34,290 nucleotides of DNA from Octopus bimaculoides. Taxonomy: Eukaryota. Each line of letters begins with the position of its first letter. Positions within the stretch are counted from its first letter, which is position 1. The position numbers and the translations under genes were made by a program. Shown in pieces: positions 1 through 10,135 of this stretch. The notes beneath the pieces were generated by a model. The model was given only the letters and a program-made list of their open reading frames with translations. It searched no databases and was not told where the DNA came from. The stretch spans positions 4,237,815 through 4,272,104 of the forward strand of contig NC_068987.1 of NCBI RefSeq assembly GCF_001194135.2. Reading direction: 5' to 3'.

Positions 1-77
<77 letters not shown>
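1..77. repeat. (TTA)n microsatellite
   Basis: Direct reading. Confidence 0.98.
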
Positions 78-79
<2 letters not shown>

Positions 80-294
80 GGCGGCGAGCTGGCAGAATGG
101 TTAGCACGCCGGGCGAAATGCTTAGCGGTATTTCGTCTGCCGCAACGTTCTGAGTTCAAATGCCGCCGAGGTCGGTTTTGCCTTTCATCCTTTCGGGGTC
201 GATAAAATTAAGTACCAGTGAAACCCTAGGGTCGATGTAATCGATTAGTCCCTTCTCCACAAATCTGAGCCCCTTGTGCCTTCAGTAGAAAGGA
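78..294 (+). mobile_element. tRNA-derived SINE family A, full length, (ATT)n tail
   Basis: A box TGGCAGAATGG (90-100) and B box GTTCAAATGCC (154-164). Central gcctttcatcctttcggggtcgataaaattaagtacc resembles the Nin/Deu-type SINE domain (recalled, not aligned). The sequence recurs about 10 times in the window. Confidence 0.9.
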
Positions 295-319
295 TTATTA
301 TTATTATTATTATTATTGC

Positions 320-1030
320 ATTTCGTCCTGTTTCGGGTGTTAATCTGATGTCTAATCACAGTACTTCCTAACAGCATGTTCTTTAACTTGTGTGCGTTGT
401 TATGGTAATATTTGTAAGTCTGTAATTGGTTCAATTCTCTTCTCTTTCTTTATCTAACATAACATTGGTATTTTCTAAATTAATGGTTCTCTCTTCGAAA
501 TTCTCTTAAGCCGAATTTCTTATAAATTCCCCAGTAAACATTCCATCAAAAACAGTGTATTGTCAGCGGCGATGTTTTTGGTTGTTTAACATTCGTAGCA
601 AACAACTTGAGGTCATCCATATACAAAAGATAACTAACTGTCATCGTGTGTGATTTGTAAACGAGTTCAATCCAGTTTAAAATGTAGGTTAAAAGTATTA
701 ACGCCAGGAAGAAAAGCAGAACGAAGGAATTTCCTTCAGAATATTCTTTTTCGAATGGAAATGCGATTTGTTTTTAAATTCCTTCCTTTGTTTGAAGCTA
801 CACAATTGTTTGTTCTTTTATTCATGAAATGTTTGATGTACCTAACAAGAACCTTTTTGTACTTAAACTACGCCTCGTTTAAACCGTTCGACTACTTTCT
901 TAAACAATCTTCAGTTATGCCGATGTTGATCATTATAAACTCGTGCGCATTTTGCAGCATCGGTTCTATTGTTTTGCGAGTGAGTTTTCTTTCTTGCCAG
1001 TTAATTATGCTCTGCAATGTTATTGCAGTT
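320..1030 (-). mobile_element. Decayed reverse-transcriptase fragment of an R4/Dong-like non-LTR retrotransposon
   Basis: Minus-strand translation with one frameshift gives ISIRKRIF/EGNSFVLLFFLALILLTYILN...TVSYLLYMDDLKLFA. This matches RT motifs GIFQGDSLSPLLF and (H)LLYMDDLKLF. Many stops; boundaries approximate. Confidence 0.8.
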
Positions 1031-1039
1031 AAGCCTGCG

Positions 1040-1045
1040 TCATCG

Positions 1046-1096
<51 letters not shown>
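1040..1096. repeat. (TCA)n microsatellite
   Basis: Direct reading. Confidence 0.98.
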
Positions 1097-1097
<1 letters not shown>

Positions 1098-1280
1098 GTT
1101 CGTACGCCGGGCAAAATGCTTAGCGGTATTTCGGCCGTCTTCACGTTCTGCGTTCGATTTGCACCGCGGTCGACTTTGCCTTTCATCCTTTCAGAGTTGA
1201 TAAAATAATTACCAGCTGAGTTCTGGGGCCTATGTAACCCCTCTCCCTAAATTATTGGCCTTGTACTAAAATTTGAAATT
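1097..1280 (+). mobile_element. SINE family A, diverged and 5'-clipped
   Basis: Homologous to 78-294; preceded by (TCA)n. Confidence 0.85.
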
Positions 1281-1295
1281 TTTTTTATTATTATT

Positions 1296-1560
1296 GTTGT
1301 TTTACTTCTCAGAACGTTCGGTTTTGTTTGTTCTGTTAAATTCTGAGAGCGGGCAACAACCTGCCGCCAGAGGTCTCACAGGGTCTCTTTCCGCACATTA
1401 TAAGCTTTGATACTTGGTTGTTAATTATCGTGGGAGATATTCAACATCCAAGGACCAATCTCAAAACCTTAGCTATTCCCAGCAGAGCAGATTTTCGGGC
1501 TTGCTCTGATCTCATGTCAATTCCGATTTCTCTGACATATTTCTCGAACATGGTTGTTAG
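1296..1560 (-). mobile_element. 5'-truncated 3' end of an R4/Dong-like LINE (variant 1)
   Basis: Minus strand 1560-1441 reads LTTMFEKYVREIGIDMRSEQARKSALLGIAKVLRLVLGC*, the C-terminus after the restriction-like endonuclease domain (Q/KxxLLGT/IxxILR motif). It is followed by a 3'UTR and a short (TAA)n remnant. Confidence 0.75.
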
Positions 1561-1565
1561 TGTTA

Positions 1566-1567
<2 letters not shown>

Positions 1568-1638
<71 letters not shown>
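1568..1638. repeat. (TTA)n microsatellite
   Basis: Direct reading; a second array lies at 1953-2014. Confidence 0.98.
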
Positions 1639-1639
<1 letters not shown>

Positions 1640-1950
1640 TTGCCTTTGCACAGCTTCTAACGCTGGAGATGTACTCTACGGTGCTAGCTGTTCACTACTA
1701 GTGAACTAACGTAACACCCGTTATTTTTCGAGCACCTTCCAGAGTATTCGAGCGGTTCCAAGCAGTGCTGTTTTCTGCAAGTGCTCCACCCTTATTGCAG
1801 CCCCTATTTGTTCCACGTACTTCTCAATACTTTTACTCACTGTTCCCAGGGCTCTGACAATTATTGGTACTATTACCACCTTTTTCATCGACTACAGCTG
1901 CTTAACCCTCCCAAGCTAACCTGTCATATCTATCGACTTTTCTTTCTTCC
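1639..1950 (-). mobile_element. 5'-truncated 3' end of an R4/Dong-like LINE (variant 2) flanked by (TAA)n
   Basis: Minus strand 1950-1721 reads EERKVDRYDRLAWE/KQL*SMKKVVIVPIIVRALGTVSKSIEKYVEQIGAAIRVEHLQKTALLGTARILWKVLEK*. The 3'UTR holds a perfect 8-bp inverted repeat GTTCACTA-c-TAGTGAAC (1690-1706). Flanked by (TAA)n at 1568-1638 and 1953-2014. Confidence 0.9.
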
Positions 1951-1973
1951 CTATTATTATTATTATTATTATA

Positions 1974-2015
<42 letters not shown>

Positions 2016-3135
2016 TCCCGAATTACCCTGGGTGAACTGTTCCCATTAAGTTTTCTGAATTCTATATCTATTATTATTTGTTACATCCTTACTGTTGTTG
2101 TTTTCCCCTTTTGATCGCTGTAAACCCCATCCTTTTGTTGTGTTGTGCTTCATTTTTTGATGTTATCCTCAATGTCTTCGGCCCTTGAAACCAATGAAAG
2201 AAATCCTCTGTCTCCTCCTTCATCTCTCCTCCTCTTCTTCTTCATCATAGTCGTCGTCGTCATTGTTATTTCGTCATTTTGTTGTTGTTGTTGTTCATGT
2301 CGTAAGAGTTTCGAAACTTCTCTCGGGAGATGTGAAATAATTCGTTATTAAATCATTGAACTCGTTAAAAAACGTTTCATGTTTACAGAAGAAGCAGGCT
2401 CGGATCCCAACGGATTTCTACTCCAATATTAAATGCTTCGTTTAAAACGATTTATTAGAACAGCATCGCATTTTTTTTTCTTTTTCTTAGAATGATTCTT
2501 ATAACCAGGCCGCTTTTCAGCTCCGATAATGAGGTACAACCAGTATCCTCCTTGGCTTTTCCATTCCTATTATATAATATATATATATATATATATATAT
2601 TATTTTGCTTAAAAGAGTTCCAACACTGTCTGTTTTTTATGTTTTATTTATATTCCTGCAGAACTAATGTGGGGTATAGAATATGGAATATACAATATAT
2701 AATATGATATACAATATACAATATAAAATAAAATAACATAAAAATGGATGGCACCCTGAAAGAAAGTATTGAATGTAGATGAAATATTGAGTGTTCAATA
2801 TAAAGGATCAAATATATAAATATATAAATATAAATATATANNNNNNNNNNNNNNNNNNNNNNNNNNNNNNNNNNNNNNNNNNNNNNNNNNNNNNNNNNNN
2901 NNNNNNNNNNNNNNNNNNNNNNNNNNNNNNNNNNNNNNNNNNNNNNNNNNNNNNNNNNNNNNNNNNNNNNNNNNNNNNNNNNNNNNNNNNNNNNNNNNNN
3001 NNNNNNNNNNNNNNNNNNNNNNNNNNNNNNNNNNNNNNNNNNNAAACCCCAAGTAAGATGGATTTAATCATTGTTTGTTAAGACTCTATACACAATCATA
3101 CAAAAACCCCCACCTTTTTTGTATTTATTTTCACT

Positions 3136-3170
<35 letters not shown>

Positions 3171-3180
3171 GTATATATTC

Positions 3181-3285
3181 CAAAGAATAAATCCTGGGGT
3201 CGATTTGCTCGACTAAAGGCGGTGCTCCAGCATGGCCGCAGTCAAATGACTGAAACAAGTAAAAGAGTAAAAGAGAGTAAAGAGT
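3181..3285 (+). mobile_element. SINE family B 3' end
   Basis: ctggggtcgatttgctcgactaaaggcggtgctccagcatggccgcagtcaaatgactgaaacaagtaaaagagtaaaagag. Confidence 0.85.
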
Positions 3286-3575
3286 ACAGTATTGTTTCTT
3301 CTTCGCGGATTTTCACCAGTCGCATTGGGTTTTTGGAACGTGACACTCGCGATAGTCGAGGGATTACTGTATATTCCTGCTTTTGTAAAATGAAAACTGC
3401 GAGAAGGAAGGCACGTATTTTAGTCTGAGTTTCATTTACTCGGAAGCTACAGTTAGAGAAGCCACAAAGTCCATATATAGAAAACAAAACGAAGCGGGAG
3501 CGTTTGTTCATAGAATATGTAGTGGCCAAATATTTTATAAACAAACTTTTCTGCTTTCGTTTTGCTTGCTATATA

Positions 3576-3992
3576 ACGTATATACTCGACTATAAAACGC
3601 CCTCGCTTATAAGACGCACCCCCGACTTACAAGGTTCAAATCGGGAATTTCATCATTGACCCGACTATAAGTCGCAGCAACTTTTTTCATATTGGAGAGC
3701 AAAGTTCGATTAGGAATCGCGCCGACATCGTTGCTGTTTGGTAACCGAGCGTTCAGTAAGCTGGAGAAGACCTCCAACAATTGTCCTCCCATTAAGTCCA
3801 TGCATTTTAGTAACCGTTGTTTATAATGTAACATTTTATCCTTTTCGGTTATTCCCGGAACTTCAGATGTGGCTTCTACGTAGAAAATAACTGAAGATTT
3901 TTTTTTATAGGATGCGCTTATAAGTCGTACCACCAACTTTAGGTGAAAATTTCAAGGGAAAAAAAATGCGACTTATAGCCGTGTACATTCGG
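3576..3992. mobile_element. Non-autonomous Tc2/pogo-like DNA transposon (MITE)
   Basis: Imperfect 25-bp TIRs: acgtatatactcgactataaaacgc versus the reverse complement of the right end, ccgaatgtacacggctataagtcgc (18/25). TA flanks both sides (3574-75, 3993-94). Repeated subterminal ctataagtcgc/gcgacttatag motifs. Confidence 0.7.
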
Positions 3993-4004
3993 TATATGTA
4001 TGTA

Positions 4005-4223
4005 CGAGGGGTGGGAGCTGAAAAAAGCCTGGCTTTAAGGGTGTCGTGAAAGCCTGGTTGGGGGCCCACCTTTCCGAGTTCTTTTACAGGACTTAGAAAA
4101 ACTGAAGGACCGCTGCAATGGGTGTGTGAATCTGAGAGGGGAATACGTTGGATAAAATCATAATTAACTGATCCTCACATATTTTCTTTTACCCAAAGCT
4201 AGGAACTTTTCAGCATCCACTTG
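4005..4223 (+). mobile_element. Mariner-derived MITE with transposase C-terminal remnant
   Basis: TA flanks both ends. TIRs cgagggg..gctgaaaaaagcctggcttt / aaagctaggaacttttcagcatccacttg. 4093-4155 encodes LEKLKDRCNGCVNLRGEYVG*, matching the mariner C-terminal KLxxRWxKCxxxxGxYVE* motif. Confidence 0.85.
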
Positions 4224-4302
4224 TATGTATGTATGTATGTATGTATGTATGTACGTACGTATGTATGTATGTATGTATGTATGTATGTATGTATGTATGT
4301 AT
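4224..4302. repeat. (TATG)n microsatellite
   Basis: Direct reading. Confidence 0.97.
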
Positions 4303-4569
4303 GCATTGGTTATAAGGAACAACAAAGAATAAAGGAAATCAGCTTGAAGCACACCATTAATTGGCGAAACAGAATCACGCAGAGTAGACAGTTAAGTAAT
4401 CCATTATTACCGCAAAAGACGAAAAATCGATTATACTGTTGCTGGGTAATCCGCAATTCCAGTTGTATACAAAGTGTTTAACGAATGATAAAATATATTC
4501 TGTAGCTTAAAATGAAATAAAACAAGCCCCCTCGCCCAACCTCCGCACATTCACACAGACATATCATCC

Positions 4570-4710
4570 GATGTGCTTCCGCACTGTTTCTTTATATCTA
4601 GGTTCACTCACAAAGCATTCGTCAACCGAAATCTACGGTAATCCAAATGGTTATGCCTTAGGATCGAATCCAAAGCCGTTTGGTTGCGATGCGAATTTCT
4701 TAACTACAGA
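4570..4710 (-). mobile_element. SINE family B 5' half, highly decayed
   Basis: Remnants ttcactcacaaagc...ggatcgaatc...ttcttaactacag. Confidence 0.5.
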
Positions 4711-5173
4711 TTCATTTTTATAACACCAGTATTCGTACGTTTTACCTTCCCGCTATTAATCTATTGGCCACGGTAGGAACATACGATATGATTTATCTCT
4801 AGTCTTAACACAAAATGATAAAATACTTGTTTGAAACATATATCGTTTCTCATAGGAAACGTTTTCACCACTGATAAGTTTGTTGACAATGGTTTTAAAG
4901 AATGTTGTAAGTCGGTAAACAAATTAATGGAAAGGCACGAAATTTTATGATAAAATTATTCAAGGTGAGTTTCACAGCGACAAGTTCGAAGTCCAACTTA
5001 TCATATCTAAAAGTGGACCGAAGGAACTAATTTAATCGAGTGATTTATCTAATTTTTAAAAAATAACATTCTGCGTGGGATTGACTAACGAATGGCAACA
5101 ACGAAGCGACAGACGTTACAGGGAAGTTGTGAAGAAATGTTACGTTTAGTTTCTGTCACACAACATAATCGTG

Positions 5174-5334
5174 GCACTCCGTCGGTTGCGACGACGAGGG
5201 TTGCAGTTGATCCGATCAACGGAACAGCCTGATCGTGAAATTAACGTGAAAGTGGATGAGCAGGTGTAATTCAAATCTTGCACGTTAATTTTACAGGCAG
5301 GCTGGAACCCTCCTCGTCGTAACCGATGGAGTGC
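5174..5334. mobile_element. Inverted pair of SINE family C 3' ends
   Basis: 5174-5262 is a C tail on the minus strand. 5278-5334 is the same tail on the plus strand with a 21-bp internal deletion. Confidence 0.8.
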
Positions 5335-5338
5335 TGTA

Positions 5339-5339
<1 letters not shown>

Positions 5340-5425
<86 letters not shown>
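5340..5425. repeat. (TA)n(TG)n compound microsatellite
   Basis: Direct reading. Confidence 0.97.
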
Positions 5426-5426
<1 letters not shown>

Positions 5427-5511
5427 AAAATTCGTTTTTAACGGTTGAATTCGAGACTATAAATAAGTTTTTCTAATTATTGCAAAAGACCAGCAATCTT
5501 GATTGGACGGA

Positions 5512-5586
5512 GAAGTCGATTAAATCGATCCAGTGCTCCGCTGGTATTTATTTTATCGATCCTGAAAGAATGGAAGGTGAGGTGAC
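5512..5586 (-). mobile_element. SINE family A central-domain fragment
   Basis: Reverse complement matches accttccattctttcaggatcgataaaataaataccag...gatcgatttaatcgactt. Confidence 0.65.
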
Positions 5587-5803
5587 ATACATGCACGCAT
5601 AACATACATACACACACAAACAGACACACACACACGCACACACACATTCTGTGGTGGGACGTCTGCTACGATTAATAGCGACCCATTCGAAGTTGGGGCG
5701 GTAAAAATCGAATTCTATAATGTATCGAAATCATAGAACGACATAATACCTACCCACTTACCTACCTACCTACCTACCTACCTACCTACCTATATACCTA
5801 TAT

Positions 5804-5841
<38 letters not shown>

Positions 5842-5864
5842 ATACATATATAAGTATATACATA

Positions 5865-6253
5865 TTTTTTTATCCGTTTCAGCCATTTGACTGCGGCCAT
5901 CCTGGAGCACCGCCTTTTAGTCGAAGAAATCTACCACGGGACTTATTGTTTGTTAGCCCATTACTTATTCTATCGGGGCCTTTGGCCGAACTGCTAGGTT
6001 ACGAGGACGTAAACACACCAACATCAGTTGTCAAGTGATGGTAGGCAGACAAACACTGACAAACAAATATATACACATGTATATACATATACGATGGGCT
6101 TCTTTCAATTTCCATCTACCAAATCCACTCACAAGGCTTTGGTCGGTCCGAGGCTATAGTAGAAGACACTTGCGCAAGGTGGCACGCAGTAGGACTGAAC
6201 TCGGAACCATGCGGTTGGAAAGCAAGCTACTTACCACACAGCTATTCCCGCAT
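5865..6253 (-). mobile_element. SINE family B, full length (tRNA head, CORE-like segment, internal microsatellite, tail)
   Basis: Reverse complement has head gctgtgtggtaagtagcttgc...gagttcagtcc, CORE-like accttgcgcaagtgtcttct, an internal TA/TG tract and the conserved tail. tRNA-derived SINEs OK/OR1/OR2 are described from octopus, but I cannot assign names without alignment. Confidence 0.9.
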
Positions 6254-6324
6254 TAATGTATCTATTTTTTGTTTGCATTTAGCAGAAACAACCAAATGGC
6301 TCTAAGACCTTAAGTTTCTTGCGT

Positions 6325-6710
<386 letters not shown>

Positions 6711-7121
6711 GCTAAACGGAAGTGAAGCTCTCCACAAACCATCATTTATTTACTTGCCTGTTTGTTCATTTATTTGTGTGTTTATTTAGTTATTAATTTA
6801 TTCACTGGCAGCAGGTGCTATAGGTGGCAATTTTGTTTAAATAATTTGTCAAAAAAAAAATGCCCAAAAAACTCTGGTGGTTTTATTTCAAACAATCAAT
6901 TTTATCTCCGCTTTTTTTGCTCTTCTTCTTGTTTTTGCTTTCCTGTCTTTTTTTTTTTTTTNNNNNNNNNNTACATACATGCATGCAAACATACATGCAT
7001 ACAAACACGCATGCATACATACATACATACATACATACATACACGCATATTTGCATGCATACATACATACATGCATGCATACACATACATTCTTACACAC
7101 CTGCGTACATTAAAAAAGCCG

Positions 7122-7376
7122 TTCCTCCGTCGGTTACGACGATGAAATTGACGTACTTGTTATTTGAGCCTTCCACAAACACACAGGAACCCTCAACGTA
7201 GTTCTCAGGGTGATTTAGAATGTGATGAGGCCGGTCCTTTGAACTACTTATTTTTGTCAGTTGATTGGACTGAAACCGTGAAAAAAAAGTATCTTGCTCA
7301 AGAATAAAATGCGCCGCTGGGAATCGAACTCCCGATTTTACGACCGCGAACTGAACATCCTAACCAGTAAGCTCAG
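7122..7376 (-). mobile_element. SINE family C, near full length, diverged
   Basis: Reverse complement has a tRNA-like head (tggttagg...gagttcgattccc), then ttcttgagcaagatacttt and a tail ending gtcgtaaccgacggag. Confidence 0.8.
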
Positions 7377-7662
7377 CATAACATGGCAGTCCTGGTTTAG
7401 GACGAATGTTGCTGTAATTTAGCCCCAAGAGACATCGTTTCCTGCTGGCTATACGACACGATCTGTATCCTTATAATTATTCTGTGCTGATGAAGGGAAG
7501 TAACCCGGAAATCGCGATACACAGATATTGTTTTGAGCTGAGTGGGGGTGCTACATTCCCTTGTTCGAAAATATAAGGACACAGATCGTGCCAGCTGGAG
7601 ACGATGTCTCCTGGGGCTAAATTACAGCAACATTCGTCCTAAACCAGGACTGCCATGTTATG
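7377..7662. mobile_element. Foldback element with ~91-bp inverted arms, probably a Penelope-like pLTR inversion
   Basis: Arms at 7377-7475 and 7572-7662. The first 51 bp are perfectly complementary, followed by 4 mismatches and one 8-nt indel. The 96-bp spacer carries a hammerhead motif. No TSD. Confidence 0.75.
7481..7525 (+). ncRNA. Minimal type I hammerhead ribozyme
   Basis: Stem I TCTGTG/CACAGA (6 bp). Core CTGATGA at 7487-93. Stem II a-GGG aagtaa CCC-g. GAAA at 7508-11. Stem III is the palindrome ATCGCGAT. Predicted AUA cleavage after 7519. Confidence 0.8.
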
Positions 7663-7689
7663 TTGATAAATAATGTTTAATCTTTGGGC

Positions 7690-7862
7690 TTGTTCTCCAC
7701 TATCGCTTGACAACCGGTGTTTGTGTGCCGTAGCTTAGCGTTTCGGTAAAAGGGGCCAATAAATAAGATACCAGCCTGAAATAAGATTAAGTACCGGAGT
7801 CAACTTGTTCGAGAAGGCAGTGCCCAGGCATGGCTGCAATACAATGACTGAAACAAGTAGAA
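7690..7862 (+). mobile_element. SINE family B 3' half, diverged
   Basis: atcgcttgacaaccgg...aatgactgaaacaagta. Confidence 0.75.
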
Positions 7863-8723
7863 TGTATACAACAAAATACGAGATAAATGCTGACCTAAAA
7901 GAATAAAGTTCAAATAAATTAAACAAACTTGACATGGTTGTAAAATAAAAATAGGCTGTTTTTAAGTTATTACTCATAATAAATATGCAAAATCAACACT
8001 TAACGAGACCTTAAAATATTTGACAGATAAAAATACTTCAGCACAATAAACACCCATTAACCATCATCGTTCACTTATATATTTTAAGTCCCCATTTATT
8101 TGCAGCTAGATATAGAATGACACCCTCCTGATCAGGTATTGTATAATAAAACGTTTCGTGTGGAAGTCGTTAAAATGAAGCTCTTCTGTTATAAATATGC
8201 AACTTTCAGTCACTACAACGTCATGCTACATACATTTCTCTTCTCTTTAAAAAAGGAAATAAATAAAGTAATATAGAACAGCAAATGAACTAAACTAAGA
8301 GATAAGTTTTATATTCGGAAATTTTATGACTTGGTACGTAATAGCTACATTATTATAAATAACTAAAAACGCGCCAAAAGTGTTACCAAGTCTTTACTCT
8401 CATAGAAAAAACAACGAATTAACAATTAGATTTAAGAATCAAAAAATAACAATTTGCAATCATAAATGTCTTTAATGTTCTAATTTTATCGCTTCTGACA
8501 AACTTAAATACATATCAAGTTTCAAAAATATTTCGTCGTGTTTTGTAAAATGTTATAAATTTAAATTCACCATTGCAAATACAACAATTCAACCCAAAAG
8601 CTTTTATTTTTTGTTGTTGTCAGGGCGTTTTTATCTAACTTGAAAATTTTCCGATATACTGAATCTAGAAGTGAAGTCCATTTTTTACCATCCAGTCCAG
8701 ATTTCAAGATACCCTGCCCCAAT

Positions 8724-9457
8724 CATCTGTGGATGATATGCACGGACTTTAAGATGGTCAACTTTCTTTTGGAGTAAATAAAGTGGATACACTAAATAGC
8801 TATGCTTTTTATATATGTGGGACAGTAGAGCCAGGCAAAAGAACATTGGGTGATCAAAGAATTGCAGCAGCGAACATTAGTCCCAGGTGTTTTAATGTGG
8901 TTGAAGAGCCTTTATTTCAACCGGGAAAAATCATCCATATCAAACTTGGCATTATGAAGCAGTTTGGTTAAAGATAGCCCATGCTTTCACTGTATCTGTA
9001 GAACATTTCTCAGTCTGCAGTGAACAGACTAGCTGAAATAGCTGAAGGGCCTCAAATCAGAAAAATGATTAAAAAAAAGGGAACTTTGCAAATTGCATTG
9101 AAGTAGCAGCATGGATTTCATTTGTAATTCAGTTGTAAATTACTTTCTTGGCAACAACAAAACAACTAACAATATGCAGGAAAACTTCCAAAAGTTGGGA
9201 GCAAATATGAGCTTAAAACTGCATTATATCCATAGTCACCTTGGTAAATTCCTTGAAAATCTTGGCGACATAAGTGACGAGCGGGTGGGGTGGGGGGACG
9301 TTTCCATCAGGACGTAAAATCCATGGAACAAAGGTATCAAGGCAGATAGAACTTGTATATGATGGTGGACTATTGCCGGAATATGGCTCGTGATCTTTCT
9401 GAGCTTCAGCACTAAAGAAAATCATCCAAACACAAATTCATGGGAAATGAAGCATAA
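8724..9457 (+). pseudogene. Decayed DDE transposase, CMC superfamily (Chapaev3-like)
   Basis: With stops and frameshifts it reads WMICTDFKMVNFLL / GYTK*LCFLYMWDSRAR / HIKLGIMKQF / EGPQIRKMIK / NYFLGNNK / LGANMSLKLHYIHSHLGKFLENLGDISDE / RFHQDVKSMEQRYQGR*NLYMMVDYC. The transposase identity is strong; the subfamily name is from recall. TIRs were not located. Confidence 0.8.
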
Positions 9458-10082
9458 ACAATGATGCAATTTGTATATCGATATTTTGAGACTTTTTACT
9501 AGCATTTCAATAGAATTTTAAGAAAATATTCTGGCTTTGAAGAAAAACCAATTTCTATGGATGCTTGTATGTTATGCTTTGTTTCTCATAAGTTGTTTTA
9601 TTAAAAAAAAAAAAAAAAACAATGAAACTTTTTCGCTAAGAAACCTCTTGCACCTATTCTCTTGTTGACTGAACGAAGTCAATAAAGACTTAAGTAGCTT
9701 TCTCAAACAACAGATCAGAAGCAATCTGAAATCCAGACGTTTGCTCACTCGTTTATTTTGTATAATATTATTTTGTTATATAATCCTCGACTTCAGTTGT
9801 TTAAAGTATTGCAATTACCGTACAAAACGGCATAAAAGATGCTCAGCCATATTAGACGCAACCCAATTTCAGCAGCGAATAATGAAAGAAAGAAAAAAAA
9901 AATGTTTAGTGCATGGAAGCATGTAATATTTAAAGCAATCTACAAGGACATAGAACATTACAAACGTACTTTAGCTATCGCAGAAAAAATATTACTATGT
10001 GTATAAAAAGTAATTATTATGAAGTCAGGCTACGTTGAAGAGACCACCTGAGTTAAAATTAGCCTGTGTAGAAGCCCGTCGC

Positions 10083-10113
<31 letters not shown>

Positions 10114-10135
10114 TAATATAATATTATATATATAT

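Noticed and set aside
1639-1720. R4 3'UTR as the source of the SINE A tail
   Set aside because: No sequence similarity seen, and the tail repeats are in opposite orientation ((TAA)n versus (ATT)n).
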